64,000 nucleotides of DNA from Candidatus Poribacteria bacterium (GCA_965214095.1 OZ243938.1:3712001-3776000); one strand, 5' to 3'. Shown: positions 32,007 to 43,326, counted from the first letter of the stretch. A program made the numbers and translations. The notes: generated from the sequence alone by a model not told the origin.

Positions 32007-33185
32007 ATGTTTATGGACTATGGTATCCCGCGCGCTGTCCCAGAAGAAGTCGGTATGTCAGCCGCGCGGTTGGAAAAAATTGCCCCCGTTATGCAACGGT
32101 GGGTAGACGATGGGAAAATCCCTGGTGCATTGACGATGATTGCGCGAGAAGGTAAACTCGTCCATCTTGAAAAAGTCGGATTGCAGGACACCGCAACTGC
32201 AACACCGATAGAATTTGATACGATCTTCCGCATCTATTCAATGACAAAACCGATAACCAGTGTTGCCGTTATGATGCTGTATGAGGAAGGACATTATCAA
32301 CTCAATTCACCAGTATCGGACTTTATTCCAGCATTCAAGGACATGAAGGTCTACGCTAATCACGGAGATGCAATCGTTGATGCAGAACGGGAGATGACCA
32401 TCAAACATCTCCTTACGCATACATCTGGACTCATCTATGGTGGCGATTGGGTGCACCCGATAAATGATCGATACAGAGAAGCAACTTTTTTCGAGGGTGA
32501 TCTTGAACACATGGTTAATGAACTCGGTAAAATACCTCTCTTACACCATCCGGGTGATGCATGGAATTACGGTATGTCTACTGATGTGCTCGGATATCTT
32601 GTGGAAGTTGTTTCAGGAATGCCGTTTGCAGAGTTTTTGAATAAACGCATTCTTGAGCCTTTAGGTATGGTTGATACAGACTTCTCAGTTCCAGAAGAAA
32701 AATCAGACCGCTATGCGACTCTATATGAACCGACTGAAGATGGTGGTATCCAAGTGCTTGAGAACCCACCTGTCTCAACAGGACCACTTAGTTTTTTCCA
32801 TGCAGGTGGCGCAGGACTGCAGTCTACCGCAGCAGATTATCTCCGTTTTTGCCAAATGATGTTGAACGAAGGAGAATTGAACGGGAACCGTCTGCTTGGA
32901 AGAAAAACCGTTGAACTGATACGGATGAATCATATAGCGGAAGATTGGCAACCACTATGGAGAACGGGAAGCGGTTTCGGTTTAGGATTTGCAGTTATAA
33001 CCAACGTCGCTGATACGCACAGTCTCGGTTCGGTGGGTACCTATAGTTGGGGTGGTCTTGCAAGTACAACATTTTGGATTGATCCAGTGGAAGATTTGGT
33101 CGCTATTTTTATGACACAATTAATTGGTGATTCTCCATTCCACCCCCAATTCCGAGTGCTCACATATCAGGCAATAGTTGATTAG
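32007..33185 (+). CDS. Beta-lactamase-family serine hydrolase (no signal peptide)
   Basis: YSMTK, LLTHTSG and WGG motifs. Confidence 0.88.
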   Translation: MFMDYGIPRAVPEEVGMSAARLEKIAPVMQRWVDDGKIPGALTMIAREGKLVHLEKVGLQDTATATPIEFDTIFRIYSMTKPITSVAVMMLYEEGHYQLNSPVSDFIPAFKDMKVYANHGDAIVDAEREMTIKHLLTHTSGLIYGGDWVHPINDRYREATFFEGDLEHMVNELGKIPLLHHPGDAWNYGMSTDVLGYLVEVVSGMPFAEFLNKRILEPLGMVDTDFSVPEEKSDRYATLYEPTEDGGIQVLENPPVSTGPLSFFHAGGAGLQSTAADYLRFCQMMLNEGELNGNRLLGRKTVELIRMNHIAEDWQPLWRTGSGFGLGFAVITNVADTHSLGSVGTYSWGGLASTTFWIDPVEDLVAIFMTQLIGDSPFHPQFRVLTYQAIVD

Positions 33186-33254
33186 AGAGTCTTTTTACTA
33201 TTTAGTGATAGGTTAATAATTTCCAACCGATTCCAGGCAAACTTGGATAAAACA

Positions 33255-34178
33255 ATGAATCTGATTCAGTTAGAAAATGTCCGCAAACAATTTGGCTATT
33301 TCACTGCTGTTGACGACATCTCATTTAGCATTGAGAAAGGTTCTATATACGGATTGCTCGGACCCAACGGTGCTGGTAAAACGACGACGCTTCGCATGAT
33401 AATGGACATTATCGCACCAGATTCCGGCAAGATTACGTTTAGTGAAAACCGACAGATCAAAAACTTCTTGGACAGTATCGGGTATCTCCCGGAAGAGCGC
33501 GGACTTTACCGAAAAATGAAGGTACGCGATGTCGTTCTTTTTATTGCAGAATTGAAAGGCATGCGTAAACATGAGGCTATAACTGAGATAGAAAAGTGGT
33601 TTGTGCTTATGCAACTAAACGAATGGGGAGACAAGCGAGTTGATCAACTCTCAAAAGGTATGGCACAGAAGATTCAGTTCATCACAACTGTAATGCATAA
33701 ACCAGAGTTGATCATTTTGGACGAACCATTTTCTGGACTTGACCCGATTAACATGACGCTTCTCAAAGATTTGATGCTTGAACTGCGAGACAACGGTGCT
33801 ACGATAATTTTCTCAACACACGTGATGGAGCAAGTTGAAAAATTGTGTGATCACATCTGTCTTATCAATAAAGGCAGCATTTTGCTTGAGGGTGAACTCC
33901 GCACAATTAAGCAGAGTTTCGGAAAGAGTTCGGTGGAAATTGAATACATCGGTAGCATTGAACCTATTCGTAACTCCTCTTGGATCAAAGACTGTAATGA
34001 TTTTGGTCAGTACGCTGAGGTGAAGCTTAAGACACCTGAGGACTATCGTCCATTTCTACGTGAACTGGTTGATAACAAGGTTGATGTAACACGGTTTGAA
34101 TTAATGGAACCGACACTGCACGATATTTTCGTCCGTAGTGTTGAAGCACACAAAGGGACGGTAGAAGATGCCGAATAA
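33255..34178 (+). CDS. ABC-2 type transporter ATP-binding protein
   Basis: GPNGAGKTT, LSKGM and LDEPFSGLDP motifs. Confidence 0.92.
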   Translation: MNLIQLENVRKQFGYFTAVDDISFSIEKGSIYGLLGPNGAGKTTTLRMIMDIIAPDSGKITFSENRQIKNFLDSIGYLPEERGLYRKMKVRDVVLFIAELKGMRKHEAITEIEKWFVLMQLNEWGDKRVDQLSKGMAQKIQFITTVMHKPELIILDEPFSGLDPINMTLLKDLMLELRDNGATIIFSTHVMEQVEKLCDHICLINKGSILLEGELRTIKQSFGKSSVEIEYIGSIEPIRNSSWIKDCNDFGQYAEVKLKTPEDYRPFLRELVDNKVDVTRFELMEPTLHDIFVRSVEAHKGTVEDAE

Positions 34179-35499
34179 AGTTCTCACCGTCATCAAACGT
34201 GAATACATGACGCGTATTAAATCAAAGACGTTTCTCTTTTCTTTATTTCTTATGCCACTGTTGATGTGCGGAATGGTGTTCTTGTCTGCTTTTCTCACGA
34301 CCATGCAATCCAAACCCAAAGAGATGAGAAAACTCGTGGTTATAGACGAGACAGGGGAAATCTTTGCACCTATGCAAGCAGCTATCGCGGACCATCGGAC
34401 ATTTCAACATAAAGGAAAACTTGTCTATCAACTGCAAGAGAAGTCTGCTACGACGGAAGAAGCAATAATCGCACTCAGGAAGCGTGTTGACAAAAAAGAT
34501 CTCTATGCATACATTGTAATACCACAGGATATTTTTGAAAACGGTGAGGTTAAATTATATTCAAGAACAACAACGAATTTTGAGGTGCAAAGTGCGTTCC
34601 GAAGTGTCATCTCAAGAATCGTTCGTGACAAACGGTTTGCTGAGAGTGGTTATAATCAAAGGGAAGTCAGCCGACTCATGCGCTCTATCAGATTCAACGC
34701 TTTCGCTATTAAAAGTAGCAAAGGAAAAACTGGCGAAACAGAAGTTGAAAATCCATTTGAAACGGGAGCACGGATCGGACTCGGATACATACTCGTTATT
34801 GTGCTTTACATGTTTGTCCTCATCTATGCAAGCTCAATCATGCGGAGTGTGTTAGAAGAAAAAACGACACGAATTGTTGAGGTAATCGTTTCGTCAATAA
34901 AACCGCATCAACTTTTACTCGGCAAACTCGTCGGTGTTTGCTCTGTTTGTATTACAATGTTCGCTGTCTGGGTGTTGTTCGGTGTCCTATTGGTAATGAA
35001 CATAGATCCGCTACTCGGAATCTTTGGCATTGATAGTCTACCAACGCAGCTTGTTGAAGCGATTGGAACCCTCAAAGAGAGTAGCGGTGGGGTGCTTACA
35101 TACTTTTTCATTTATTTCATCGTCGGTTTCTTTATGTATTCAACACTATTTGCAGTTGTCGGTGCAATTTGCAACAGTGAAGAGGAAGCACAACAAACAA
35201 TGGGACCACTCACACTACTTATAATTTTACCGTTTATCATGATGTTTCATTTATTTAGAATTCCCGATTCGGCATTAAGTATACTGCTCTCGCACATCCC
35301 GTTTTTCTCGCCGATACTAATGTTCATGCGCATCAACGTGCTGATGCCACCCTTTTGGGAAATTGCACTTAATATCTTGCTGATGTGTGCGACTGTCTTG
35401 CTTGTTACATTTTTCAGCGGAAAAATCTATCGGGTTGGCATTCTAATGTACGGTAAACGTCCGACGTTAAGAGAATTATGGCAGTGGAGCAGGTATTAA
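34168..35499 (+). CDS. ABC-2 type transporter permease (NatB/YhaP-like)
   Basis: EEKTTRIVE..SS and LLGKL motifs, several TM helices, KIYRVGILMYGK end. Confidence 0.9.
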   Translation: MPNKVLTVIKREYMTRIKSKTFLFSLFLMPLLMCGMVFLSAFLTTMQSKPKEMRKLVVIDETGEIFAPMQAAIADHRTFQHKGKLVYQLQEKSATTEEAIIALRKRVDKKDLYAYIVIPQDIFENGEVKLYSRTTTNFEVQSAFRSVISRIVRDKRFAESGYNQREVSRLMRSIRFNAFAIKSSKGKTGETEVENPFETGARIGLGYILVIVLYMFVLIYASSIMRSVLEEKTTRIVEVIVSSIKPHQLLLGKLVGVCSVCITMFAVWVLFGVLLVMNIDPLLGIFGIDSLPTQLVEAIGTLKESSGGVLTYFFIYFIVGFFMYSTLFAVVGAICNSEEEAQQTMGPLTLLIILPFIMMFHLFRIPDSALSILLSHIPFFSPILMFMRINVLMPPFWEIALNILLMCATVLLVTFFSGKIYRVGILMYGKRPTLRELWQWSRY

Positions 35500-35573
35500 A
35501 TGTTCAAGACATCTTCAGATAACTAAGAAACTCGTTTCTATGCTTAGAGCCGTTCACAGTAAGGAGACTAAAT

Positions 35574-36194
35574 ATGATGCAGATTGCTGTCGTAACAGGA
35601 GAGCACGGTTTTCGCGAAAAAGATTTTGACGCAGTTTTTCAAAGTATGGAAAACATAACGTTTGTCAGAGAAGATTTAGATGACTTTGTGGATAATCCAA
35701 AGCAGAATGAATATGACACCGTTGTCTTTTACAACTTTCACCGTCCATATCCATCAGAGGCACAGGCAAAATCTATTTTGAGATTGACTGAAAAAGGACA
35801 AGGAATTGTCATCCTTCACCATGCTATTCTCGCATTTCCAGAGTGGGATGCTTTCTCTGATATGTGCGGCATTGATGAACGTGCTGAGTTTGACTACTTT
35901 CCAAAACAGACATTCCAAGTGCAAATCATTGATAAGACCCACCCCATTACCGAAGGACTTGCCGATTGGGAAATGGGTGATGAAACCTATACGATGACAT
36001 CAGCAGATGAAGATAGCACTATCCTGCTAACAACCAATCATCCAGACAGTATGGACGTGTTAGGTTGGGTGCGTGAATATGGGAATTCGCGTATTTTCTG
36101 TCTCCAGAGTGGACACGACAACGTTACCTATTCAAATCCAAACTTCCGTGAGGTATTGCAGCGCGGTATTCAGTGGTGTGGAAAAAATAGTTGA
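35574..36194 (+). CDS. ThuA domain protein
   Basis: VTGEH, HPITEGL, DETY and RIFCLQSGH motifs. Confidence 0.8.
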   Translation: MMQIAVVTGEHGFREKDFDAVFQSMENITFVREDLDDFVDNPKQNEYDTVVFYNFHRPYPSEAQAKSILRLTEKGQGIVILHHAILAFPEWDAFSDMCGIDERAEFDYFPKQTFQVQIIDKTHPITEGLADWEMGDETYTMTSADEDSTILLTTNHPDSMDVLGWVREYGNSRIFCLQSGHDNVTYSNPNFREVLQRGIQWCGKNS

Positions 36195-36205
36195 GAGAAA
36201 AAGCA

Positions 36206-37312
36206 ATGAAGTTTAACACCTTCTCTATTCTCCTTCTCCTCTGTCTTGGAACAGTTTGTGTTATTCTGTTACTTTCAAAAACACTTGTAAACGCTGATAA
36301 AGGTAAAACGATGCCACAAACAACTTATATAGCAGGACATTCACACCAGTCAGACGGTTATGACATCTATTCCATAGAACAAAAGGGTATAGCCGTTGCT
36401 GAAATTGTTCCTGCACTCGGAAATAATTGTTATTCTTTTATGGTAAGCGATGGACACTTTTGGTATAACTTGATAGATCCGCCACCTGATTTGAATACAT
36501 TGGCACAACGTCCAACTGCTTACGGCAATCCAATACTATTCCCGTTTCCCAACCGAATACGAAACGGCAAATGGGAATTTGAAGGAAAAACTTATCAGTT
36601 TGACAAGCAACCTGAATCTCCCACGACAATACACGGTCTGCTTTTGAATCGACCCTATAAAGTTGACAAACATACTGTCGATGAAAACGGGGCAACATTG
36701 GTATGTTCATTGAACTCACAAGAATTCCCAGATGTCATCCGACAATATCCCTTTCCATTCAAAATTGAAATTACCTATACAATCACAGATGGCGTATTGA
36801 CAATGGGTATTGTCATTAAGAATACGGGAGAGAGTAATATGCCGATGGGATTTGGTATACATCCTTATTTTAGTGTAGACATTTCCGCTAAAGCGGATGC
36901 GTCAAAAGCTGTAATAACTGTTCCTGCTAACAAGTATTGGGAATTGGATGATGTGCTTGTTCCAACAGGTAGACAACTTGATGTTGATGGAACGGTTGAT
37001 TTACGTTATGGACAACCGTTTGAAAAACTCAAACTTGATCATGTCTTCACAGATGTCGATTTTGTTGACGGTGTAAGTCGGTGTAGCATTGAAAATAAAG
37101 ATACAGGATACGGTATGGTGATGGAATCAGATGCACAATTTAGAGAATTAGTGGTTTATACTCCGCCAGATAGGGATGCTATCTGTTTTGAACCTTACAC
37201 TTGCCCGACAGATGCTATTAATTTAGAAGCAAAAGGTATTCCAGCAGGAGTGATTGTGCTTGCACCTGATGAGACATTTTCAGCAACCGTGCGGATATTT
37301 CTAACACATTAA
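36206..37312 (+). CDS. Aldose 1-epimerase family protein with N-terminal signal/anchor
   Basis: GNPILFPFPNRI, IHG, GFGIHPYF and ICFEP motifs. Confidence 0.88.
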   Translation: MKFNTFSILLLLCLGTVCVILLLSKTLVNADKGKTMPQTTYIAGHSHQSDGYDIYSIEQKGIAVAEIVPALGNNCYSFMVSDGHFWYNLIDPPPDLNTLAQRPTAYGNPILFPFPNRIRNGKWEFEGKTYQFDKQPESPTTIHGLLLNRPYKVDKHTVDENGATLVCSLNSQEFPDVIRQYPFPFKIEITYTITDGVLTMGIVIKNTGESNMPMGFGIHPYFSVDISAKADASKAVITVPANKYWELDDVLVPTGRQLDVDGTVDLRYGQPFEKLKLDHVFTDVDFVDGVSRCSIENKDTGYGMVMESDAQFRELVVYTPPDRDAICFEPYTCPTDAINLEAKGIPAGVIVLAPDETFSATVRIFLTH

Positions 37313-37317
37313 TCCAG

Positions 37318-38256
37318 ATGAACCAAACAATGAGATATGTTGTTCTACTATTCTTCTCGATTCTACTGATACTCTCGGAACCGTGTGATGCTATTTTTGA
37401 AGGTACTGCCAATGCGAACATCTTTATCAGAATTTACAAACAACGTGGAGACTTCGGTAGACTTGCTTTATGGCACGAAACAGCCGCAGAATGCCTTAAT
37501 CTAATCTCTGTTCCAATGAATAAAATCATACACAATTACTACAAAAGTAATGGATATGAAAAATGGACAGAACGAGCAGAAAAGGAAGCACATGAAATTC
37601 AGGAACAGAGACTGTTTCACCTTGAAAAGGCTAAGGATGCATGGAAAAAGTCAAAAACTGCTGAGAATGTCCTAAAAACTGAACGTGAAAAGATCGCTAA
37701 ATTTATGAATACGTGGTTGCCACATTATCCAGACAGGTTCTATAATTTTGGTGTATATGTCACCTTTTTTAAAGAACAGCAAGAACGCGCTGAACTGAGA
37801 AAGGATTATAGAAGAGTCCTAAAACTTGAAGCAGATGCAGCTGAAATGTGCGCTATGCAATACGATAAAATACCAATTGCCAATGGATTGAAAGAATATG
37901 TTGAAAAACGCGATGCATATCTGCGACACACAACTTTACTCAGAACACTTGCGAAACCAACACTCAAAAAATTACCAACAGGAATAGAAATAGGTAAAAA
38001 CGGACAACTACAGAAACCAATCAAGACAAATGTTCACCAGAAAACAGAGGATACAATACTTCACATTGCTAAAACCAATCTACGTATTAAGAGCTTAATA
38101 TCGGACCATAAGGGTGTTCGTGAATATGCATGGTTTCAAGGTTTTGCATGGACAGTCAGCTTCTATAACCACGGTTGGGGTAATCTGGCAATTGCAGTTA
38201 TTGACGACAAGACAGGGAAAATAACTGACATTTTAGAAGGTGAACAACAGGAATAG
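37318..38256 (+). CDS. Hypothetical exported protein
   Basis: 312-aa ORF in operon context with an N-terminal signal peptide. Confidence 0.6.
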   Translation: MNQTMRYVVLLFFSILLILSEPCDAIFEGTANANIFIRIYKQRGDFGRLALWHETAAECLNLISVPMNKIIHNYYKSNGYEKWTERAEKEAHEIQEQRLFHLEKAKDAWKKSKTAENVLKTEREKIAKFMNTWLPHYPDRFYNFGVYVTFFKEQQERAELRKDYRRVLKLEADAAEMCAMQYDKIPIANGLKEYVEKRDAYLRHTTLLRTLAKPTLKKLPTGIEIGKNGQLQKPIKTNVHQKTEDTILHIAKTNLRIKSLISDHKGVREYAWFQGFAWTVSFYNHGWGNLAIAVIDDKTGKITDILEGEQQE

Positions 38257-38262
38257 TATCGT

Positions 38263-41200
38263 ATGAATCAACAGCACTCAACAGTAATTCTTCATCTATC
38301 AGTTTTCCTAATAGTCGGAATTATCTATTGTTATACTACTAACAACGGGAATGCCGCAACACCTGAAATTACGCCAGGAGAGTTATTAATTCGACTCACT
38401 CCCGAAGCTGCAACAGAACTACATCAATTGCGATCCAAAGCTGCTATAACAGAACTGTTTCTAAAGCACAATGTAGAATCACAAAGGCGTATTTTCCCAA
38501 TTACTACTCGTTCATCAGATCTACAGAGAGCATATCTTCTAAGATTTTCAATCACCGCAAACATGGAAGAAGTTAAGAGATCGTTTGAAGAGAGCAATCT
38601 TATTGAAGAGGTGTCATATAACTACTTGCGTCCAACATTAGCAGATACAATTGTTCCTAACGATCCACAATATCCAGAACAGTGGAGTTTGCCGTTGATA
38701 AAATTACCAGAAACTTGGGCAGTTGAGAAAGGAAATAAGGATGTAATTATTGCCATCATAGACTCTGGGATCGATTATAGACATGAAGACTTGAAACAGA
38801 AAATCTGGATGAATCCTGGTGAGATAGCGGAGAATGGATTAGACGATGATGGCAATGGTTACATTGATGACATACACGGTTGGGATTTCACAGATGCCCC
38901 TAATGTACAAGCAGAAGGAGATTTCACAGATGGAGACAATGAACCGATTGATGAATCTGGACACGGAACACATGTTGCTGGGATAGCAGGTGCAATGCCA
39001 GACAACGGTATCGGTATCGCAGGCGTGGCATGGAATTGTCCATTGATGGCAGTTCGTGCAGGACTCTCACTTGGAGGCAGTTCACGCATGCAGGATGATG
39101 ATTCTGCGGCAGCCATAGTCTACGCTACAGATAATGGGGCACGCATCATCAATATGAGTTGGGGAAGTAATCAACACTCCTTTGTCATTCAGGATGCTAT
39201 CAATTATGCTCATGCACAAGGTGTGTTATTAATCGGAGCTGCCGGGAATTCAAAGGAATCTGAGAGTTTTTTTCCTGCTGCATATCAAAAAGTCATCTCA
39301 GTAGCATCAACAACCCAACACAAACAACGTTTCCACAGAAGCAATTTCGGTGCTTCAGTAGACATCGGGGCACCCGGCAATGCTATTCTAAGTACACAAA
39401 TCAACAACAACTATCGCATTTTAACTGGTACTTCTATGGCAGCACCCCATGTTGCAGGTGTTGCTGCATTGATGCTTTCAAAACGTCCTGCACTCACACA
39501 CGAAGAGATCAGGCAAATCCTCATCCAGTCCTCTGATATTATTCTCCAAGAAGATAGTGATGAACTCGATCCAAAACTTGTAGGTGCTGGAACACTTAAT
39601 GCGGAACGTGCTTTGCTATCAAGTGGAGTTATGCATGCCCGAATTCATCTGCCGCAAACAAACAGTGGTGGATCGAATTCAATCACTTTTATCGGCACTG
39701 TGGGAGGCTATAAATTTGATCGTTGGCAGCTCCTGTATGGTAGTTCTACTGTTCCAACTTCATTCGAACCTTTCACCGAACACGTAACAACGCCGAAAGT
39801 AGGTGAACACTTAGCTACTTGGGATACTACAACTATACCCGAAGATGTCTACACAGTCCGTCTTGTCGTCACTGGGAGAGATGGAACACAGATACACGAT
39901 CAGGTTGTGGTTACGGTAGACCGATCACCGCCAGATATTTTCTCCATTTACGTCACTGAAACGTTATATGGTAACAGTACTACAAGTGTTTTTTCTTGGG
40001 CAACAGATGATATAACCCGTTGTACTTTCTATTATAGACAAAGCGATAGAATCTCATCCTTCGTTCCGATTGAGGAGAGGGCACTTGGTAAAGAACATCT
40101 ATTTTCTCTTGATTTGACATCAGGAAAATACCAATTCTATATTACCGCATTGAATACTGTCGGATTAGAAACGATTAATGATAACAATGGGAAATATTAT
40201 ACAATTGATGTTATCGGTAGTGCAATATCTCCAAACGGTTTTATAGACACAAGGCTCAGTATTTCAGCACTACAAATTGCAAATACAGTTGCAGATTTTG
40301 ATAAAGACGGATTGCCAGAACTTGTTGCAACACCACTGTCTGATCCATCTCCAAAAAGTCTCATAGTACCTAAAAGTCTTGTCATATATGAACGTTCACC
40401 AGAAGGAAAATTTAACTTGGTACACGCACTTACTCAAAATGCAAGTGTTGCTGACTCTGTTGTCAGTCAGAATACAGAGATTGATTTAGCGACATTTAAA
40501 CCGTGGTCGGTTGGAGATACGGACTCAGATGGATTGTTGGAAGTTCTTGCCAGTGATACAGAGCGCACTTTTTTGTTAGAGAGCAAAACACCAAATGGAT
40601 ACCCGAACCAAATTGTCTGGGAGACACCTTTCATCTCAGGTGGAAAAAGTGCTGATCTTGATGGTGATGGAAAAATTGAAATTATTGGGGTTGATAACAA
40701 TAATAACCGAATTCTTATCTTTGAGAATAGAGGAAATGACCAGTTTGACATAACTGCTGAATTAACTGATGAAACAGAAGGAAAAAACATCTTTGCCCAA
40801 CAGATTGCAATTGATGACTTCAATGCAGATGGAAATACTGATATAGTGTTTGGGGATAGTGATGGGGATCTGTTCGTATACTCCGGTTTGGCAAATGACA
40901 GTTTCAATCTACAGTGGCAAACGAATCTCAATGTAGATGATGTTAAGTTATTAACTACCGGAGATTTAACAAGAGATGGCATACCAGAATTAGTTGTGGG
41001 TGGCACATTTTCACCACCAGATATTACTTCCGCATCACTTTTCTGGAAGTTCCTTGTTTATACATACATTTCTGGTAAATATAGATTGCTATGGGAACAA
41101 ACGATAGCACCATATCGGATGAATGGTAACAGCATTGCCATTGCGGAAATCAATGGGGATGGATATAACGAACTTATATTGCATACCTTTCCTCATCTAT

Positions 41201-42294
41201 ACATTCTGGCATGGGATGGAACGACGTTTGTACCGACATTTCACAAAAAAGTTACTGAAACACCTTTCCTTCTCTCAGCTGACTTGAATCAGAATGGTTT
41301 TGATGAACTCTATATCAACGTTGATGATAGATTAAATATCATTGAATCCGTTACTGCTACAAATAGCAATGCAGTTGATGTCCTAATACCGTGGGACATT
41401 GATGCTACTCCAATATCAGAAAAGGTTGTTCAGATTAAATGGAAGGCAATAGAAGCAACAGATGTTCCAATAGGTTTCACTTTGTATCGTGCACTTGGAG
41501 AAAAAGGAAAAGCACCGGACGACTCCAAGTTTGAAGTGATGGTACAGAACCACACTTCCACCAGATATTTGGATAGAACAGTAAAGAGAGATCAGACCTA
41601 TTGGTACGCTGTCACGACGAAGGGAGAAAACGGCACTGAAACAGATCGTAGTGAAGCAGTTTCAGTTACACCACGCACAGCACCCAAAATTGTCAATACT
41701 AACTATCAGGTTCCGAATTGGATAATTGTTACCTTTGACAGACAGATGAGTTCAACCATAAGCGATGAACGACGGTATCTTTTGAGGATAAAGAACCAGT
41801 TGGCAGGTCTTTTGCCAATATCCGCTATCCGAGACAGAATGGGAACACGTGCACTCTTAACATTCAATCCAGAGAAATTACAAGCACTCACAAATGATAC
41901 AACGAATCAATATGAGATTGCAATTAACAATCTAACTGATATTGATGAAAACCCGGTTCGTGTAGGAACAAGTCCCATTAAATTTCAACAGAATCAAGAT
42001 CCTTCTGAAGTAAGAGATTTCACCAAAGTAAGGGTCTATCCGAATCCTGTCCGTCCGAATATATCAGACAAAGCTGCGATCACCTTTGATAGAATACCTA
42101 TAGGTACCCTGATCCAATTATTTACACCAAAGGGTGAACTTCTTGAGCATTTGAACGTTACAGAAAGCGATGGCAACAGCAAAGAATGGTGGTTGACAAA
42201 TGGTAAAATCGGTGATGTGGCAACCGGAATCTATATCTATATACTTGAATTTGAGGAACAAAAGAAGGTTGGCAAAATTGCAGTAATAAAGTAA
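38263..42294 (+). CDS. S8 subtilisin-family peptidase with FG-GAP/VCBS repeats, FN3/Ig-like domains and a C-terminal sorting-like domain
   Basis: Catalytic triad IIDSG, HGTHVAG, GTSMAAPHVAG; DxDxDG repeats; VYPNP...GIYIY...GKIAVIK tail. Confidence 0.9.
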   Translation: MNQQHSTVILHLSVFLIVGIIYCYTTNNGNAATPEITPGELLIRLTPEAATELHQLRSKAAITELFLKHNVESQRRIFPITTRSSDLQRAYLLRFSITANMEEVKRSFEESNLIEEVSYNYLRPTLADTIVPNDPQYPEQWSLPLIKLPETWAVEKGNKDVIIAIIDSGIDYRHEDLKQKIWMNPGEIAENGLDDDGNGYIDDIHGWDFTDAPNVQAEGDFTDGDNEPIDESGHGTHVAGIAGAMPDNGIGIAGVAWNCPLMAVRAGLSLGGSSRMQDDDSAAAIVYATDNGARIINMSWGSNQHSFVIQDAINYAHAQGVLLIGAAGNSKESESFFPAAYQKVISVASTTQHKQRFHRSNFGASVDIGAPGNAILSTQINNNYRILTGTSMAAPHVAGVAALMLSKRPALTHEEIRQILIQSSDIILQEDSDELDPKLVGAGTLNAERALLSSGVMHARIHLPQTNSGGSNSITFIGTVGGYKFDRWQLLYGSSTVPTSFEPFTEHVTTPKVGEHLATWDTTTIPEDVYTVRLVVTGRDGTQIHDQVVVTVDRSPPDIFSIYVTETLYGNSTTSVFSWATDDITRCTFYYRQSDRISSFVPIEERALGKEHLFSLDLTSGKYQFYITALNTVGLETINDNNGKYYTIDVIGSAISPNGFIDTRLSISALQIANTVADFDKDGLPELVATPLSDPSPKSLIVPKSLVIYERSPEGKFNLVHALTQNASVADSVVSQNTEIDLATFKPWSVGDTDSDGLLEVLASDTERTFLLESKTPNGYPNQIVWETPFISGGKSADLDGDGKIEIIGVDNNNNRILIFENRGNDQFDITAELTDETEGKNIFAQQIAIDDFNADGNTDIVFGDSDGDLFVYSGLANDSFNLQWQTNLNVDDVKLLTTGDLTRDGIPELVVGGTFSPPDITSASLFWKFLVYTYISGKYRLLWEQTIAPYRMNGNSIAIAEINGDGYNELILHTFPHLYILAWDGTTFVPTFHKKVTETPFLLSADLNQNGFDELYINVDDRLNIIESVTATNSNAVDVLIPWDIDATPISEKVVQIKWKAIEATDVPIGFTLYRALGEKGKAPDDSKFEVMVQNHTSTRYLDRTVKRDQTYWYAVTTKGENGTETDRSEAVSVTPRTAPKIVNTNYQVPNWIIVTFDRQMSSTISDERRYLLRIKNQLAGLLPISAIRDRMGTRALLTFNPEKLQALTNDTTNQYEIAINNLTDIDENPVRVGTSPIKFQQNQDPSEVRDFTKVRVYPNPVRPNISDKAAITFDRIPIGTLIQLFTPKGELLEHLNVTESDGNSKEWWLTNGKIGDVATGIYIYILEFEEQKKVGKIAVIK

Positions 42295-42342
42295 CATCTT
42301 ATTATCAACATCTTCTTAGCATAATCAGCATAGGATTGTATT

Positions 42343-43239
42343 ATGGACGAATACATACTCATCGCAAACCCAATTTCTGGTAAAGGTAAAGGCAAACCAG
42401 TTGCCGAACAAGCGCACAAGGCATTGACATCTGCCGGTCGTAAAGGTGAGTTAAAACTAACTACCGGAATGGGTGATGTCAAACGTTTTACCGAGGAAGC
42501 GATTTCAAACGGTATCAAATGGATATTTGCCTGTGGTGGTGACGGAACACTACACGAAGTCGTCAATACGATTGCAGGCAATACTGATATTACTTTAGGA
42601 GTTCTTCCATGTGGACGTGGCAATGACTTAGCAACTGCTATGAACATTTCACGAAAACCCCAGCAAGCCATTCAAACCTTGTTAACTGGCACCACCAAAA
42701 GTATGGATTTAGGGCATGTCCGTTCAGAAAAAGGGAGTGAACACTATTTTACCACGATAGCCACGTGTGGGTACGATACTGAAGTAAGTCGTCTTGCGGC
42801 ATCTCGCGCTACCCCTTTTGCAGGAACTGCATCATACATTTACGCTGCAATAGTCACACTGAAAGACTACGAATGTCCATCTGTTCGTATTGAAGGAGAC
42901 TTTGGGATATATGAAAGTCCAATTCTACTCACCGCAACAGGTAATACAAGTAGTTATGGCGGAGGATTTAAAATCGTACCGAATGCTCGTTTTGACGATG
43001 GACTATTTGATGTTTGTATCATTCGTTCAGTTTCATCTTTCACTGTGCTCGGGTTGATGGTTACGCTGTTTTGGGGTGGACATACATTTCATCCAGCAGT
43101 GGAAATACATCAAACCCGTAGTTTAAAAATTGAAACCAATCCGCCTGTGATGCTTTATGCCGATGGAGAACCGATGTGTGAAACCCCTGCTACGATAGAG
43201 ATTATCAAGAATGGACTCAATGTCCTTGTCTCATCTTAA
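42343..43239 (+). CDS. Diacylglycerol kinase family (YegS/BmrU) lipid kinase
   Basis: NPISG, GGDGTLHEV, LPCGRGNDLA, YGGG and DGE motifs. Confidence 0.9.
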   Translation: MDEYILIANPISGKGKGKPVAEQAHKALTSAGRKGELKLTTGMGDVKRFTEEAISNGIKWIFACGGDGTLHEVVNTIAGNTDITLGVLPCGRGNDLATAMNISRKPQQAIQTLLTGTTKSMDLGHVRSEKGSEHYFTTIATCGYDTEVSRLAASRATPFAGTASYIYAAIVTLKDYECPSVRIEGDFGIYESPILLTATGNTSSYGGGFKIVPNARFDDGLFDVCIIRSVSSFTVLGLMVTLFWGGHTFHPAVEIHQTRSLKIETNPPVMLYADGEPMCETPATIEIIKNGLNVLVSS

Positions 43240-43326
43240 AGAAAATAAACCGAATGAGTAATATCGTTGTCATATAAAATTAAATTTATTAAATATTAGC
43301 ACCTAAAATAAATTGATATTTCCCCA

